The notes under the pieces were generated by a model that was not told where the DNA came from, did no database searches, and was given only the letters and a program-made list of their open reading frames with translations. This document shows positions 24,901 through 39,529 of a stretch of DNA of 64,000 nucleotides, one piece after another. This stretch comes from Octopus sinensis (taxonomy: Eukaryota): NCBI RefSeq assembly GCF_006345805.1, contig NC_043011.1:66352464-66416463 (forward strand), in the 5' to 3' direction. Numbering within the stretch: position 1 is the first letter of the stretch; the number at the start of each line of letters is the position of its first letter. The position numbers and the translations under genes were made by a program.

Positions 24901-25904
24901 GTAAAGGGTACAGTCCAAACTCCCGTGCTTGTACGAAGAAGTTTTCATTCAAAACAGAAAAGAGAACAAGTGGCGGCGTTACACTTATCTGGCCTTTAAA
25001 TAGCGTTTATAAATAAGACCGGCACCCATAGCCCTTGGTAACAAATTCTGAAATAGCTTTTAAGATATCTACAATTAACCACTGCAAGGGAAATTACTCC
25101 TGTAAGACAAACGGGGCTTGTTTTTTCACAGCGGGGGGTTTCCTTGTCAAGGCAGGCTTAGATGAACACACACACACATAAAACATAATATATATATATA
25201 ATTTCTTTATTTTTTTTCTTTCTGCCACCCAACGGTTATCACGGCAGTAGCCACTGACAGCCGAACGATCAAACGCACACACGTACACAAAAAATGTTTT
25301 CTACCCCTACGCCAACACCACACATATAGAACAGTATACACACACACACGTCTCTAAGTAGATTTTTTCTCGCCCCTTATAAAACATCCAATATTCTTTA
25401 AATAGTCAGAACTTTATTCTCGGTCACAAAGAACATCTATACACCCTCACCCACACGATTGACCGATGCCTGACCCGTTGAATTCTTCAGCCACCGTTCT
25501 CAACATACACTGATAAACAGTTTCGCCATGGGCTCTTAGGAGCACAGTTCGATTTGTTTTTTGCTCTGCCTCTGTTCTGTTTTTGTTTTTCCAACGGATT
25601 TCCTTTTTTCTTCTGAAAAGAAAGACACAATATGGTCCCATTATTCATCGGATTTTGGTAATTTGTGCCTTTCGAAACACGTGTAGAATGAAATAAAACG
25701 ATTTCTGTTCAATCTGCGTTCAGCTCCATTTCTTCAATTCACCAATAATGTTTTAATTTCAATTATCCGCACCAACGCACGGTTGCAACGCCAGATGGTT
25801 GTACCTCCAACCGTGCTGTTCACTGCTGTGATTTTTGCTACTAAGGTATCGGTTAAACTTTTGATTAATCTACTACAAGATTATTCATCTTTCTATTTCA
25901 CATA

Positions 25905-25961
<57 letters not shown>

Positions 25962-26074
25962 TGTGTGTGTGTGTGCGTGCGTGCGTGCTTGCGTGGGACT
26001 GTGTAGGTGTAAATATTTACATATACGTTTTTCTACTCTAGCCATGAACCCCAAAATCATTGGGGAGGACGACA

Positions 26075-26385
26075 GTCGAATAGACCAACCCCTGTACACA
26101 TGTGGTACTTAATTCGTCGACTGGCGGAAATACAGTGAGACGAAATACCTATTTCTTTACTGCCCACAAGAGGCTAAACCCAGAGAGGACGAACAAAGAC
26201 AGACAAACGGATAAAGTCGATTATATCGACCTCAGTGCGTAACTGGTACTTATTTAATCGACCTCGAAAGTATGAAAGGTAAAGTCGACATAAGTGGTAC
26301 TTCAACTCAGTACGTAGCGGCAAACGAAATACCGATAAGCATTTCGCCTCGCGTGCTACCGTTTCCTCTAGCTCGCCGCCCTAAT
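26075..26385 (-). mobile_element. tRNA-derived SINE with internal tandem units
   Basis: The minus strand begins ggcggcgagctag and continues ctgagttgaag...gtcgactttacctttcatactttcgaggtcga. Same family as 39530, 42060 and 57650. Confidence 0.75.
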
Positions 26386-26518
26386 AAATAAATATACTGA
26401 CTTGCTTTGTAATATGTTTTTATATGTTCGTTATTTTGTTTAGTATGAATGAATGTGTTTATATTAACACGTGTCTTATGTCTGTGGGTTTATGCCTCAG
26501 CCTTTATATATAAATATA

Positions 26519-26555
<37 letters not shown>

Positions 26556-27060
26556 GCGCGTATTCATATCAATATTGTGCTCATGTGTGCATGTTTGGAT
26601 TTTTTATACAGTGACCTCTATGTATGTGAATCCGAGATCATAAGTAATTTTAAATGGCACTAGTTTTATTTATTTTTATTCTTTCTTTCCTCGCCTGCAT
26701 TTGCTTCTTTCCAACGCCTGCCTAAATAATTGTCATACCATCTTGTATTCTGACTTTTTGCCAATGCTCGCTTTTGTCATCTTTTCGGTCATATATTTAA
26801 AATGTTAGTCCCCCACGGATTATCTGACGCCACCACATGCAATTTTGTATTTAGATAAATAGCTGAACTTCAAGAAACCACATATCTTTCTACCACGCTG
26901 AAGATAATCGCTGAGTGGGCATACGTTCGGATTGTTAAACGACTCCCATTAACACTCCGTTTCGACTTGTAAAATTTAGAATGTTGTAGAATGTTTTCCT
27001 GGGGAAATTCATTATGGCAATGCATGAGAAAGGAAGCTGAAAAATAACTTTACACTCAAG

Positions 27061-27097
<37 letters not shown>

Positions 27098-27618
27098 GAT
27101 ATTAATATTAGGGAAGTTATTTCCGAGTCCACAGGGGAGAGAAGTTCAATTTAGTGGTACTACAATGTATTTATAATGTAAAGTATATGATTTGATAGAA
27201 GAATCGTAGGTATTAATTTTAATATGTTGGAATAAGAATTGTAGGTATTAATTTTATAATTTTAATATTTTGTCCTATATGTACCTATTGTGGATAATGT
27301 CGTTCACTGAAGAATGAGTTGCTTGAGGGTGATTCTGCCGCTTAAACATATATATATATATATATATATATTTATATCATCATGTGTCTTGTTTATATTC
27401 GGTTTTGGTTCGCACGTTGTTGTTGCCAGTATTTTGTTGACTATAATGATATGCAACCGCACCAGGAGTTGCAATCCCACCCTCTAGGGCTCGATGCAAG
27501 ATGTGTCGAAACAACCGTTGTGATAAATTAAGTTTCTTTGAGTCCATTTTACATTTATGTCTTTCGTTATAAACTCAACAAATCCAGTGGATTTCCTGAG
27601 TTATATGCATATCCAAAG

Positions 27619-27681
<63 letters not shown>

Positions 27682-27687
<6 letters not shown>

Positions 27688-28177
27688 TATTAGAGAGTTA
27701 TCCACTATGTGGATAACTCTAGTGCTAAAAATAGCTCCGAAGCAACCACAGAAGATCCGTTTCCAACTAGAATCAACACACATCTAACTGAAGGAAAGTG
27801 AAATACAACGAATAAAATAGATTGACTCTATACAATTGTTTCATTACTAATGCAATATGTAGTTTTACTTACACTTGCATCTATAAATCTTCGGTAATTG
27901 GTTGGACCGCTCGTGTTTTTGACGCCCGAATCGATCTAATTAATTGCATTTCTGACAAACTCTACCGAAGATTTATAGATGCAAGTGTAAGTAAAACTAC
28001 ATATTGCATTAGTAATGAAACAATTGTATAGAGTCAATCTATTTTACTCGTTGTATTTCACTTTCCTTCAGTTAGATGTGTCTTGATTCTAGTTGGAAAC
28101 GGATCTTCTGTGGTTGCTTCGGAGCTATTTTTAGCACTAGAGTTATCCACATAGTGGATAACTCTCTAATAATTTAT
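27682..28177. repeat. Long inverted repeat: arms of about 215 bp (27682-27896, 27963-28177), 66-bp spacer
   Basis: The arms are reverse complements with about 2 mismatches by eye. Each contains the inner palindrome agagttatccactatgtggataactct. The left arm starts at the end of (TA)n. Confidence 0.95.
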
Positions 28178-28399
28178 GTATAAATTTGTATTTCCTCCGT
28201 AGTTTTTTGTGCTAAGCCACTTGGTGTTAAATTGACGGTATTATTAAATTAATATCGATTTTTCACCCTCATTTATAATTTTATATATATATATATAATA
28301 TAATATATATATATATATAATATATATATATATATAGTTAATCCAAACAAGAAAACCCTGAAAAAAAGAAAAAAACACAGCAACGCAGGACGCGGAACA

Positions 28400-28490
28400 A
28401 TTAAAGTATTATTGACGCTTAGGAAAGAAGGGAAGGAGGGTTTAACGTTTCGAGCGGAGCATTCGTCGGAAACAAGGAGAAGGAAATATA
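28400..28490 (-). mobile_element. Short PLE-type repeat with a variant hammerhead core
   Basis: Minus strand: gttt-CCGACGA-atgctccgctc-GAAACGTTA-aac. Confidence 0.5.
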
Positions 28491-28495
28491 TATAT

Positions 28496-28571
<76 letters not shown>

Positions 28572-28951
28572 ATACAGATGTATTACGTATGTATATGTGT
28601 GTATGCATCTATATGTGTGTATACATAACATTTCGCTTGATTGTGTTTCTGTGTAGGGGATAATAGACACAGAAATGGCTTTAATAATTTTGCCACACAT
28701 TCTAAGAATTCTAAGAGCGCGCCTGTTCCTTATTCAAATGCAAAGTCAAACATCCTTGGCAGAAAGTGGTGAGCCGGTAGTATTGATTCTTGTACGGGGG
28801 GGGGGAGTATTCTTTCAATCTCAAACATGATTTTGGATGGGTTTTGAACTAACTACGGAAACAGCTGAAATAAATACCGGGAAACATTTTTGTCCGACGC
28901 AGTATCCAATGTCCAGCTGATTACAAGTAGTAGTAGTAGTAGTAATAGTAA

Positions 28952-28998
<47 letters not shown>

Positions 28999-29200
28999 AT
29001 TATTATTGTTGTAGTGATGCAGGATGAGGAGAATGTAAATAACTGAAAGAATCAGTAGAAGAAAACAGAGAAAATAAAAGGAAGAGAAGGAAACAAAAGA
29101 AAGGCAGAAAGAAAATAGATAGATAGACAGATGGACAAACAGACAGACAGACAGACAGACAAAAAGACAGACAGACATACAGACAGACAGAGAGATAGAC

Positions 29201-29281
<81 letters not shown>

Positions 29282-29294
29282 GATAGATATGTTT

Positions 29295-31155
29295 ATTTAT
29301 TAGCCACACATGGCTGCACACAGATAGAACAAATTACAAGGTAGAGCTTTTCTTTTGAAGGCTTAAAAAAAAAAAAGGAAGGGGGAGTTTCGATCAAAAG
29401 GGATCGTAAAAGGAGAGAAAGAGGACAAAAAAAGGGGGGTTAAAAAAAAGGGGAGAGGAAAAAAAAATTGATCAATAGGGATCGTTATCACAGAAATGTC
29501 AATATGAAGTGTAAAGGGGAGGACAGGTGAGGTTTACCCGTGGAAAGAAAAGCCTACGGAAAAGACCACGGTAACCTCGGTCAATGAAGTCACATTTTAT
29601 ATTTCTTTTTTTTTTTTTTGCAAATAAGCAACTCTCTGTTTTAAATTTCCGGTTTCATAGGATTATGCTCAAGCTGGCTTCGTCATTCATTCGTGCCATC
29701 CTTGCTACATTCACCCATCTTTTTTAAAACATTCGCTAGACAAAACTTGCCTCTCTGCTCTCACTTCCTTTTCAAGTGATACTTGAAAATGTTGATGAGA
29801 GATTGACCAGAGAGGAAAGTGTTTGTCTCTAATCCTTTCAGACGCGTCCACCAGATACATTCTTTCGCCATATGATGAAAATAGCTCTTCCTTCCTGTTT
29901 GAAGGACGGAGGCGTGACAATATTGACAATAGACTCGGCTGTTAAACCGACTCGTCCCACACGGGACAGCAGTTGTTCGACATAAGCCCACAAGTCGGTA
30001 ATGGTTGGACACTGCACGAAAGCGAGCAAAACGGTATCGTTGCTCTGACCCCATCTCGGGCTGGTCGTCCCCGTGTTCCTCGAGCCGTGTCTATAGAGCT
30101 TATCCCGAACGGGTAGCGCTTCTCGGTAGCACTGCCAGACCAGGGATCTCTGGAAGTTGTCCATGGGCCCTGGCCCGAAAGTCGTCCTGAACAGGCGGGT
30201 CAGGTACTCCTCGTCGACGTCCAGGTTCGCCCCGAGCTCGTCGTCGTACCTCCCCTCCACTAAACCCCTGTAGAATGCTTTGGTTGTGTTGAAGTCACTT
30301 AAGGTCGACCCAGGACGGCAGAGTTGCTTGAGAGCAACGCGACACTCGCGGTGCCATTCGCCCTTCCTCGGCCTCTTTTTGATCCACGACTGCAGTTCGG
30401 TCATGGAGACGAGCTGCGGGAAAGCGTGCCTCACAAACGGCGACCACACCTGTTCACCGTCGTCTACATAGAGCCAGAGATGTCGCAGTCTCAGCGCGTG
30501 TCTGCGCATCATCAACCACAGCATGCCCAGCCCTCCTTTTAACGGGTGTTGACAGCAAATGGATCGCCTGACCATCGGGACGCATCCTTTCCACAAGAAG
30601 CGAAAGAGGATGCGTTGTAGTTTGGTGATGGTAGGGTCGGGACAAGGTACGACGGTCAGGCGGTAGTAGATGATGGACGCGATGTACGTGTTCGCCACCT
30701 CCGCTCGACCTTTTAGGGACAGTTTCCTCTCGGCCCATTGCCGGGCGAGAGTGACCACCCTACTCGTTATCTCGTTCCAGTTGTTCTCCACTTGGAGGTC
30801 CGGACCAAACCAGACCCCGAGCAACTCAACCGGGCCGTCGGTCCAGCGTCCCACGACGGAGGCGCTGGTGGACGGCATGGGCTTGCTTCTCCAGGTGCCT
30901 AGTCGCAAGCCCACTGACTTTTCCCGGTTGATTTTCGCTCCTGTCACCGCTTCGTAGTTTTTCAGTGTCTCGCCGACCAGCTCGATGTGCTCGTGGCTAG
31001 ACACTATGACGGTGACGTCCTCCGCGTATGCAGACACGCTCGTCCCGCATCCCAATTCTCGCGGGATGCCCCTTAGAGTCGCCAGCTTCCGCAGTAGTGG
31101 CTCAAGAGTCAATACGTATAGAAGCGCCGAGAGGGGGCATCCCTGACGGACCGAA
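29295..31155 (-). mobile_element. L1/Tx1-clade LINE 3' fragment (RT C-half, degenerate zinc finger, 3' UTR) in (GATA)n/(GACA)n
   Basis: [61 protein letters not shown] precedes the (ATCT)n tract. (GATA)n lies on both sides. Confidence 0.85.
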
Positions 31156-31248
31156 TAGATAGATAGATAGATAGATAGAGAGACAGACGGACAGGCAGAC
31201 AGACAAACAGACATACAGACAGACAAACATACAGACAGCCAGACAGAC

Positions 31249-31299
<51 letters not shown>

Positions 31300-31764
31300 C
31301 AGAAGGATGGGAGCAAGCGATGAAGGAAAACAAGAAATAAGAAGAAAAATAAGAAGGAGGAAGAGGAGAAGGATGAGGAGGAGGGGGAGGAAACAAATTA
31401 TAAAGGAAATCTGAAATGATGGAGCTTGTTTGTCATTGTTTTAGATGGAGGTTAGCTTGGGGTTAATATGTTTTGTTGTGTTGCTTCTCGTAGCCATTGC
31501 TGCTTCCATCGCTGCAGCTGTCGTTGTTGTCTTCTTAACTGAAATGTTGCTGTCATTCAAGTGTTATGCTCTATGATGGCATTTCCGCCGTTAAGTATTA
31601 TTGCAGCAGAGAATGTGCAATGCAATTTCGTTTGAGTGTGTGTGAGTGTCTATGTGTGTGTGTGTGAGAGAGATTTTCTTTCACTCTGATCGCCTATCTT
31701 GCTGTTCTGTTCAATAAGAATTTTGCACTTTTCACTTTCATTCTTTTTTGTTATTTGCCTTTAC

Positions 31765-31812
<48 letters not shown>

Positions 31813-32108
31813 TATAATATAGAAGGAGATTCTACAGGACTAGAACTGTTTCATTCAAAAGAAATCATCAGGAAGCTAGTAGACAAGAGTTGTTTTGGCA
31901 TTTATACATTTAGGCAGTTTAAATGGGTGGTGGTGGGGGGACTTTTCGGGGGTAGGCATGGCGCAAAACTATCATTATTAGGGGAGTGGTCAAAGGAATC
32001 GGTGGTAAAGTAGATAAAAGAATAAATAAAAGAATAAAAGAATAAATAGAAAAATATAGTTTTAGGTAAGTAGGAGACTCTCTCACTTGTACATCTACAT
32101 ATATATTA

Positions 32109-32141
<33 letters not shown>

Positions 32142-32929
32142 CACCCACATATTCACATATATCTATATATATACATACATACACATATATACATAATATA
32201 TATAATATATAACATACATATACATATATATTATATATATATATATATACATATATATACATATATATACACATACCCATGTACAACACCAAATACACAT
32301 ATACATATATATATATATATACATATATGTGTATACACACTCGCACATAAATATACATACACACATATATACACATGCATATACATGCACACACATACAC
32401 ACACATTTTTATTCCCTTATTTTAATTTTATTATTACTTTTGTTTATATCTTTATTTTTATCTTGACCTCGGTCAGCCGGTCTCAAGGAATGGTCTAAAG
32501 AGTCCATTTATCTATCTACTCACTGATACGAACGCAAACACTCACTCACGCCCACACACTCACACGTACACTCATATCCATACACACAGGCACGTGGTAT
32601 ATTCATACATACATACATCTACATACATTCACGTATATTCACATACGTACACGTACCTACTGATTCATATCTACACGCATACACATACATACCTCAATAC
32701 CCCCACAGAAGACTAGTCCATACATATACACAATAAATATATATACACATATACACATACACTACTACACATACATACATATACATATATATATACATAT
32801 ATATACATATACATATACATACACATATACATTCATACATATATACACATACACACATATATATATATGTATATATGCGTACACATACACACACACACAC
32901 GCGCATCTATATATACACATAAGTACATA

Positions 32930-33218
32930 CATGCATAAATGTATACATATGTTTATACATATGCATACACATCCACACAAACACGCGCCTCTTTATGTTC
33001 ATAAATACATACATGCATAGACATATACATATATACATACATGCATACTCAAAAAATAATAATAAATATATATACGTGCAGTTACCCATTATACAGACGG
33101 ATACATACATATAAACATACACATATATACCTATTTGCACATATGTATATATACATACATACATACACACACACATAACTCTACACACCTACGTATACAT
33201 AAAAACACAAGCGTACAC

Positions 33219-33250
<32 letters not shown>

Positions 33251-33761
33251 TATATATACATATATACATATATACATATATACACACACATACACACATA
33301 TACATTTACACACACATTTACACATATATATACATATACATATACATATATATATATATATACACATAAGCACATACATGCATAAATGTATACATATGTT
33401 TATACAAATGCATACACATACACACACTCACACGCCTCCTTATATACATAAATACATACATGCATAGAAACGCATACTCAAGTAATAAATAATGAATAAT
33501 AAATAATAATATATATACACATGCAGTTACCCTTTATACAGACGGAAACATACATATGAACATACACGTATATACCTACTTACACATATGTATATATACA
33601 TACATACATACACATACACATAACTCTACATACTTACATATACATAAACACACGAGCGTACACATATATATATATATATACATATATATACATACACATA
33701 CATACATACATATAAACACATATATATATACATATACATACATACACATACATACACATAC

Positions 33762-33804
<43 letters not shown>

Positions 33805-33880
33805 TATAAAAAACCACACACATACACATACACATGTACATACACATACACATACACATACACGCACTCACATACATGCG
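32930..33880. repeat. Tandem duplication (period about 450 bp) of a compound (CA)/(TA)/(TACA) block
   Basis: The anchors tgcataaatgtatacatatgtttataca, gcagttaccc..tatacagacgga and cataactctaca each occur twice. Confidence 0.8.
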
Positions 33881-34275
33881 TATATTCCTACTAACACCCA
33901 TTCATTTCTATACATATATACAAGTGTACATATACAATCTGTGAATAGTCTTAGGACGAAAGTTAATCGGGGGTGCTGGGGGAACGGTGGGGTTGGGGGG
34001 TTTGTGGTTGGGGTGTCGTCAATCGGGTTGCCGGGTGGGTCTATAGTTCTTGTAGTTTGCATAAATTTTATGCATGCAATTTGGGGAGTGTTCTGAGATC
34101 TTGTTGAGGAGATGGCCTTTGGCGAACAAGATCTCTAGGCTCTCGGAAATGCAAAGGTGACAGCAGGTATGGCCTCCTGTAGTCCTGTAGAAGCTCCTTC
34201 TATATAATAAATTAATTTACTCTGCTATGTATTGAGTACCTTATTTACTGTGGTTAACCTCGACTCAAGCGGACC

Positions 34276-34324
<49 letters not shown>

Positions 34325-34540
34325 ATATATATAATTTACTATTTCTATCGGTTTGTTTCGAGACGCATAACTTATAATGGTTATTGACAATTTTTGTTTT
34401 TTCGGCATATTTGGCATTAGAATTTTTCTTTTGCTCTTATTTTGTAAATTATTTATGGATTGACATTTAAAGGTATATTTTGATATGCTGTCGATTGGTA
34501 ACATTTTTTTTTTCCCGAAAAAGTGTTTATCCTACAATAG

Positions 34541-34639
<99 letters not shown>

Positions 34640-34662
34640 AGATATTATATATATATAATATA

Positions 34663-34708
<46 letters not shown>

Positions 34709-34729
34709 ACAATATATATATTTATAATA

Positions 34730-34769
<40 letters not shown>

Positions 34770-36730
34770 TATATAAATCCTTAAATAATGTTTTAGCCCG
34801 AAGGCCGCGGCCCATGCTGGGGCACCACCGCTGAATGAGCTACACTAGTTTTGTGAATCCACCTCTGATACGTGGCACTTGATCAACAAGGGAGTTCGAT
34901 GCTGCTGCCCGCATCCGTGTCTCCTGTCGTGAGGTAGGTTCATCTGGGACTCCAACAAGAAAGAGATCCAGTTTTAGTTTTTAAAGAAACCCACAACCAC
35001 ACCATGTAAGTCTCTCAGGCATTTAGGGAGGATGTTAAAGAGCTGTGGTCTCTGAAACCCAAGCTGTTGCGTAATATGGACCTGTATTTTGATGGTGATG
35101 TTGGAATCCTTGGCACCACGCAGCGGCGCCCCGTTCTGCGGTTGGAGTAACTTTGAATGCCACAGTTTGGGACAAGACCCTCCAGGAATTTCCAGATGTA
35201 TATCACTGCATATCTCTCCCGCCTCCGCTCCAGGGAGAAGAGGTTTAATACCTTCAGTCTTTCCCAGTAGCTGACATTTTGCATTGAGACGATATTCTTT
35301 CTGTAGCTTCTCTGAGTAGCTTCGAGTTCTGCTGTTTGTGTTATATTGTGTGGTGACCAAAGTTGGGAGCAGTAGTCCAAGCGGCTGAGGACAAATGTTT
35401 TCCATAGGACCATCAGTGTCTCCTTCTCTCTTGTTCTCAAAGTTCGGAGAATCCATCCAGCTAGCCGTCTGCATTTTATCACCAGATTAGCAATATGCAT
35501 TTCGAAAGATGCATCATTGCTCATGTCAATGCCCAGGTCACGCACTGATTTTGACTCAGGGATTGCAATTCTTCCTGAGCCAGTGTATCCAGTCTTCACG
35601 TCATTTACCTTTGTGTGCCAGTAGCGCAGGGCCTGGAACTTACCTGCATTAAACTGCATGTTGTTGTCCTCAGCCCACCTGTATATTGTGTCCAGCTCAT
35701 GTTGCAGATGCGCAATATTTTCAGGGTTTTGTATTGCGTGGGAGACTTTTGTGTCATCTGCAAGCTAGCAAGGGTGGTCATCGTAGCAACTGAAGGCATG
35801 TCTGAAAGGGCCACTATGAACATCAGTGGCCCCAAGACAGTGCCCTGTGGACACCGCTTGTTATTTGCGTTTCCCTGGAGGTGGCTCCATTGCTCACACA
35901 ACTGCCTGTTTTCTGTCTTTTAGGAAGTTGTGCAGCCACTCTCCAAGTTTCCCGCCTATGCCGAGACCACGCAGTTTGTGACAGATCATACCATGGTTGA
36001 CTTTATCAAAGGCTTTTGCAAAGTCAAGATATATTACATCCACATTTGAGCCATTTAGTAGCTGTTTCAACACCCAGTCATAGTGTTGCAGGAGCAGTGT
36101 TAGGCAGCCTCTACTTGGTCGAAATCCAGGCTGTGTGTCAGACAGTAAGTCATTTTCTTCAAGGAACATGATTAGTTTCTTACGGACTATTCGTTCCATG
36201 ACTTTGCTGATGTGTGAGGTCAGAGAGATAGGCCTATAATTTTTAGCATCTGCTCTGCTACCTCCCTTATGGATAGGGCATATTACCCCCTCTTTCAGTT
36301 TGACTGGGAGCTTACCACTTGCAAGAAAGCTCTGAAAAAGAAGCTGTAGCGGTTTTGCAAGGGCTCGTTTGCACGATTTGAGAAGATCGCTGGGAATCCA
36401 TCAGGTCCAGCAGCTGAGTTTGTGTCAATCTCATCAATGGCTAGTGTGATATCATCTTCTTCGATGTTGATGTACTCAATTTTGTCTCTTTGGCCGCTGG
36501 TAAAGTGCAAAGAATTCTTCTGGGTTTTTACTTGCCTGTGTCCTAGAGGTGTAGTGAACACACTTTGAACTGTTCGTTCAGTATTTCACTTATCCTCGTG
36601 GGATTTCCTGTGAGAGAGCCATCTTTTTGGAAGAGAGGTCCTATTCTCTGGTGCACTGTGGCTGTCTCTTTGGCAAACTTAAAGAAAGCTTTAGGGTTTG
36701 ATTTTATATTTTCTATTATACCCAAGCTTC
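34770..36730 (-). mobile_element. CR1-group LINE, 5'-truncated RT half with a complete 3' tail, between (TA)n tracts
   Basis: ORFs 36543-36725, 36295-36561, 35894-36199, 35605-35901 and 35015-35659 ([26 protein letters not shown]). Tail ggtgccccagcatgggccgcggccttcgggctaaaac. Confidence 0.9.
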
Positions 36731-36742
36731 TTTATATATAAT

Positions 36743-36777
<35 letters not shown>

Positions 36778-36783
36778 TTATAC

Positions 36784-36814
<31 letters not shown>

Positions 36815-36821
36815 ATATATA

Positions 36822-36870
<49 letters not shown>

Positions 36871-36891
36871 TATATTTATACATATATATAT

Positions 36892-36928
<37 letters not shown>

Positions 36929-36930
36929 TT

Positions 36931-36975
<45 letters not shown>

Positions 36976-37020
36976 TATAGATATGTATATATATATACAT
37001 ATACACTATATATATATACA

Positions 37021-37066
<46 letters not shown>

Positions 37067-37232
37067 CACACACACACATACACATACACACACACACATA
37101 TATATATACACACATCTATATATACGTAATAATTTTACAGTCTTCTTTTTCCCTGACGGCAGTGTTTATTTGCTTTCGCTTAAATTACAATAACCGTGTT
37201 TTTTACTTTTTTCCTGATCCACCATTCTACCA

Positions 37233-37267
<35 letters not shown>

Positions 37268-38559
37268 GGTGCCCTGTTTATACAAAATAAATTAAAATAG
37301 AGTAGCGCTAAGAGATAGCAAGACTTGACCTTATAACATTCAACACCTACAAACGGCTTGGCACAGAAAGAATCAAGACATTGTTTTCAGTAAATCTCAC
37401 CTTCAAGGAAACGTTTATCGTTAAATAACGAGGCTTATTATTGAATTGATGTAAGAGAATCTTTTTTGAGACTCGTCATTTGTAATAATATCAGAGAGTA
37501 AAGATATAACGTGTGTGTGGGTGGGGGCGATCATAATATGAATGCTATTAGTCATACCGACATCAGCAAAACGGGAAATTAAATGTCGTAATACAGAAAA
37601 TATATTTGCATATTCTCATTCTGTACAAAACGGTTACAAAAGATTTTTGCGGGGTAGGGGTTGCGTAAATATGAATGTAAATAATTATGCACGTGCACAC
37701 AAACAAACACACGAATACACACGCACGCACGCAAACGCACATACACTCACACACTCACGCATCGGACTTACATTCGCTCACACACGGATTTATCGATACA
37801 TACATGCATATATATATCTATTACTTATATAGAGGTACATATATACACACGCACAAATTTGTGATGAATATCGGGACGCGTTGCTATATGCCCAAACTCC
37901 GGCAGGGATACATATAACTTGCAAGCCCTTCTGAATTTATTACGCTGTCAAACGCTTACCCTATACTGAGGAAATATCTCAGTTTCACAAGTATTACGGT
38001 TCTTGGGCTGCAGTATTCACCTGTGAAAATTTCCAACCAGTGGTTTCTTCTGAACAACAATCTGCTCGAAGTTATATCAACTGTTGTGGCTGCATATAAA
38101 TTGTGTTGCTTTCTATTCACTCTGCACTTCAATAAGAATAAAGGATTCATATCCACAGCCCATTGCATTCCCATAGTCACATATTGTATATTTAGCAGTG
38201 TATAGTGGTGCACACATTTGGATATTGGTTTCACCAAATCATGCTGCACCACAAATTTGGAATTGATCTTAGGTTCAATTCAGATAACTAAGTGAAGCTG
38301 CTTGAGACTGTGGTCACTTCATGGCCGTTGGAGTTTGCTACAGGAAGGCCATATCTGTGGGACAAAAGTGTCCCAAATTGTCATACATGCGGAAAAAATC
38401 GCAAGTGGTTGTTGGAGTAATTCTATGATTATAGTAGACACAATTTCTAGCCTTCAAATTTCCCCGATTGTAATCCCATGGGTCAGTGACCACAAGTCTC
38501 TAACCGCACAGCCTGAAAACAAGGCCGAACTGATGGCCAAGATGAAGGAAGTGTAAGAA

Positions 38560-38815
38560 AATCTTACCAAGGAAAAAAATTAGGTATGCATACGCTACAT
38601 TGTGGAGCCGTCTTTGGGCGGTGCTGGAAGCATCAGGACTTACAAACACATATAACATACAGAAAATTGCACTACTGGGCTCTGCACACATCCTACGCAA
38701 AACACTTTCAATACAGTAACCATCAGAGCATCACAACAATACACAGCACATACCCAAGGCACACAGAGCTGCGCTCGGTAGCGAAGTGAAAGCACGATAT
38801 GAAAAATATACTACT
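38560..38815 (+). mobile_element. Dong/R4-like extreme 3' end followed by (AAT)n
   Basis: Nearly the same sequence as 11770-11930 (aaattgcactact...cacagagctgcgctcggtag). Confidence 0.8.
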
Positions 38816-38820
38816 GAATG

Positions 38821-38866
<46 letters not shown>

Positions 38867-38944
38867 TAATAATAATAATAATAATAATAATAATAGTAAT
38901 GATGATGATGATGATGGTGATGATAATTATAATAATAATAATAA

Positions 38945-39085
38945 TTTTAACATGGAAAAATACCTTAGATTCGAATTTTCTCCAAGACACCTGATGAAGG
39001 CAGGAGGGTACATCAGTCGAAATGTCGTGTTAACAACAAACAAGATGAGGACAAATATCCGTCAAATGTAATTAATATAAACTCA
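38945..39085 (+). mobile_element. PLE terminal-repeat fragment with a hammerhead-like core
   Basis: acacCTGATGAaggcaggagggtacatcagtcGAAAtgtcgtgtt; same family as 4535 and 12740. Confidence 0.6.
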
Positions 39086-39529
39086 TTTATGTATTTACAT
39101 AAATTCAGTAAATTGTTGCAAAGGGTCAATAAAAATTGGGACACACATACAATTAGATTAACATCTGATTTATTGAAATTTGTATTAGTCTTATAGTTGC
39201 TGCGACAAAGAACAATACAGACTGGAACGCCATCTGTTAAGATAAGAGATAGATAGAGATAGAGTGTATATGCAAATTTTTATATAGTTACTTGAAATAT
39301 GTTTACTTTTGATTTTCCTTAATTCTAACTGAGCATTCATAATCGCTTTAGATTTACAAAAGAATTATCTTTGGTTATGTATGTGTATCGTAGCGATATC
39401 CAAAATGTCTTTGAAGCGACTACATCTCTATTAGTAGGATCTCCATATTGTTATGCGTAATATTTTTTGTTTTGGTAATATTTTTGGTTTTGGTTTTCAC
39501 CAGTGTAATCCTAGTATTTACAATTAGTC

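Noticed and set aside
37950-38560. ORFs of 60-98 aa with VSDHKSL and CHTCGK words
   Set aside because: Probably a very old LINE endonuclease remnant, too decayed to classify.
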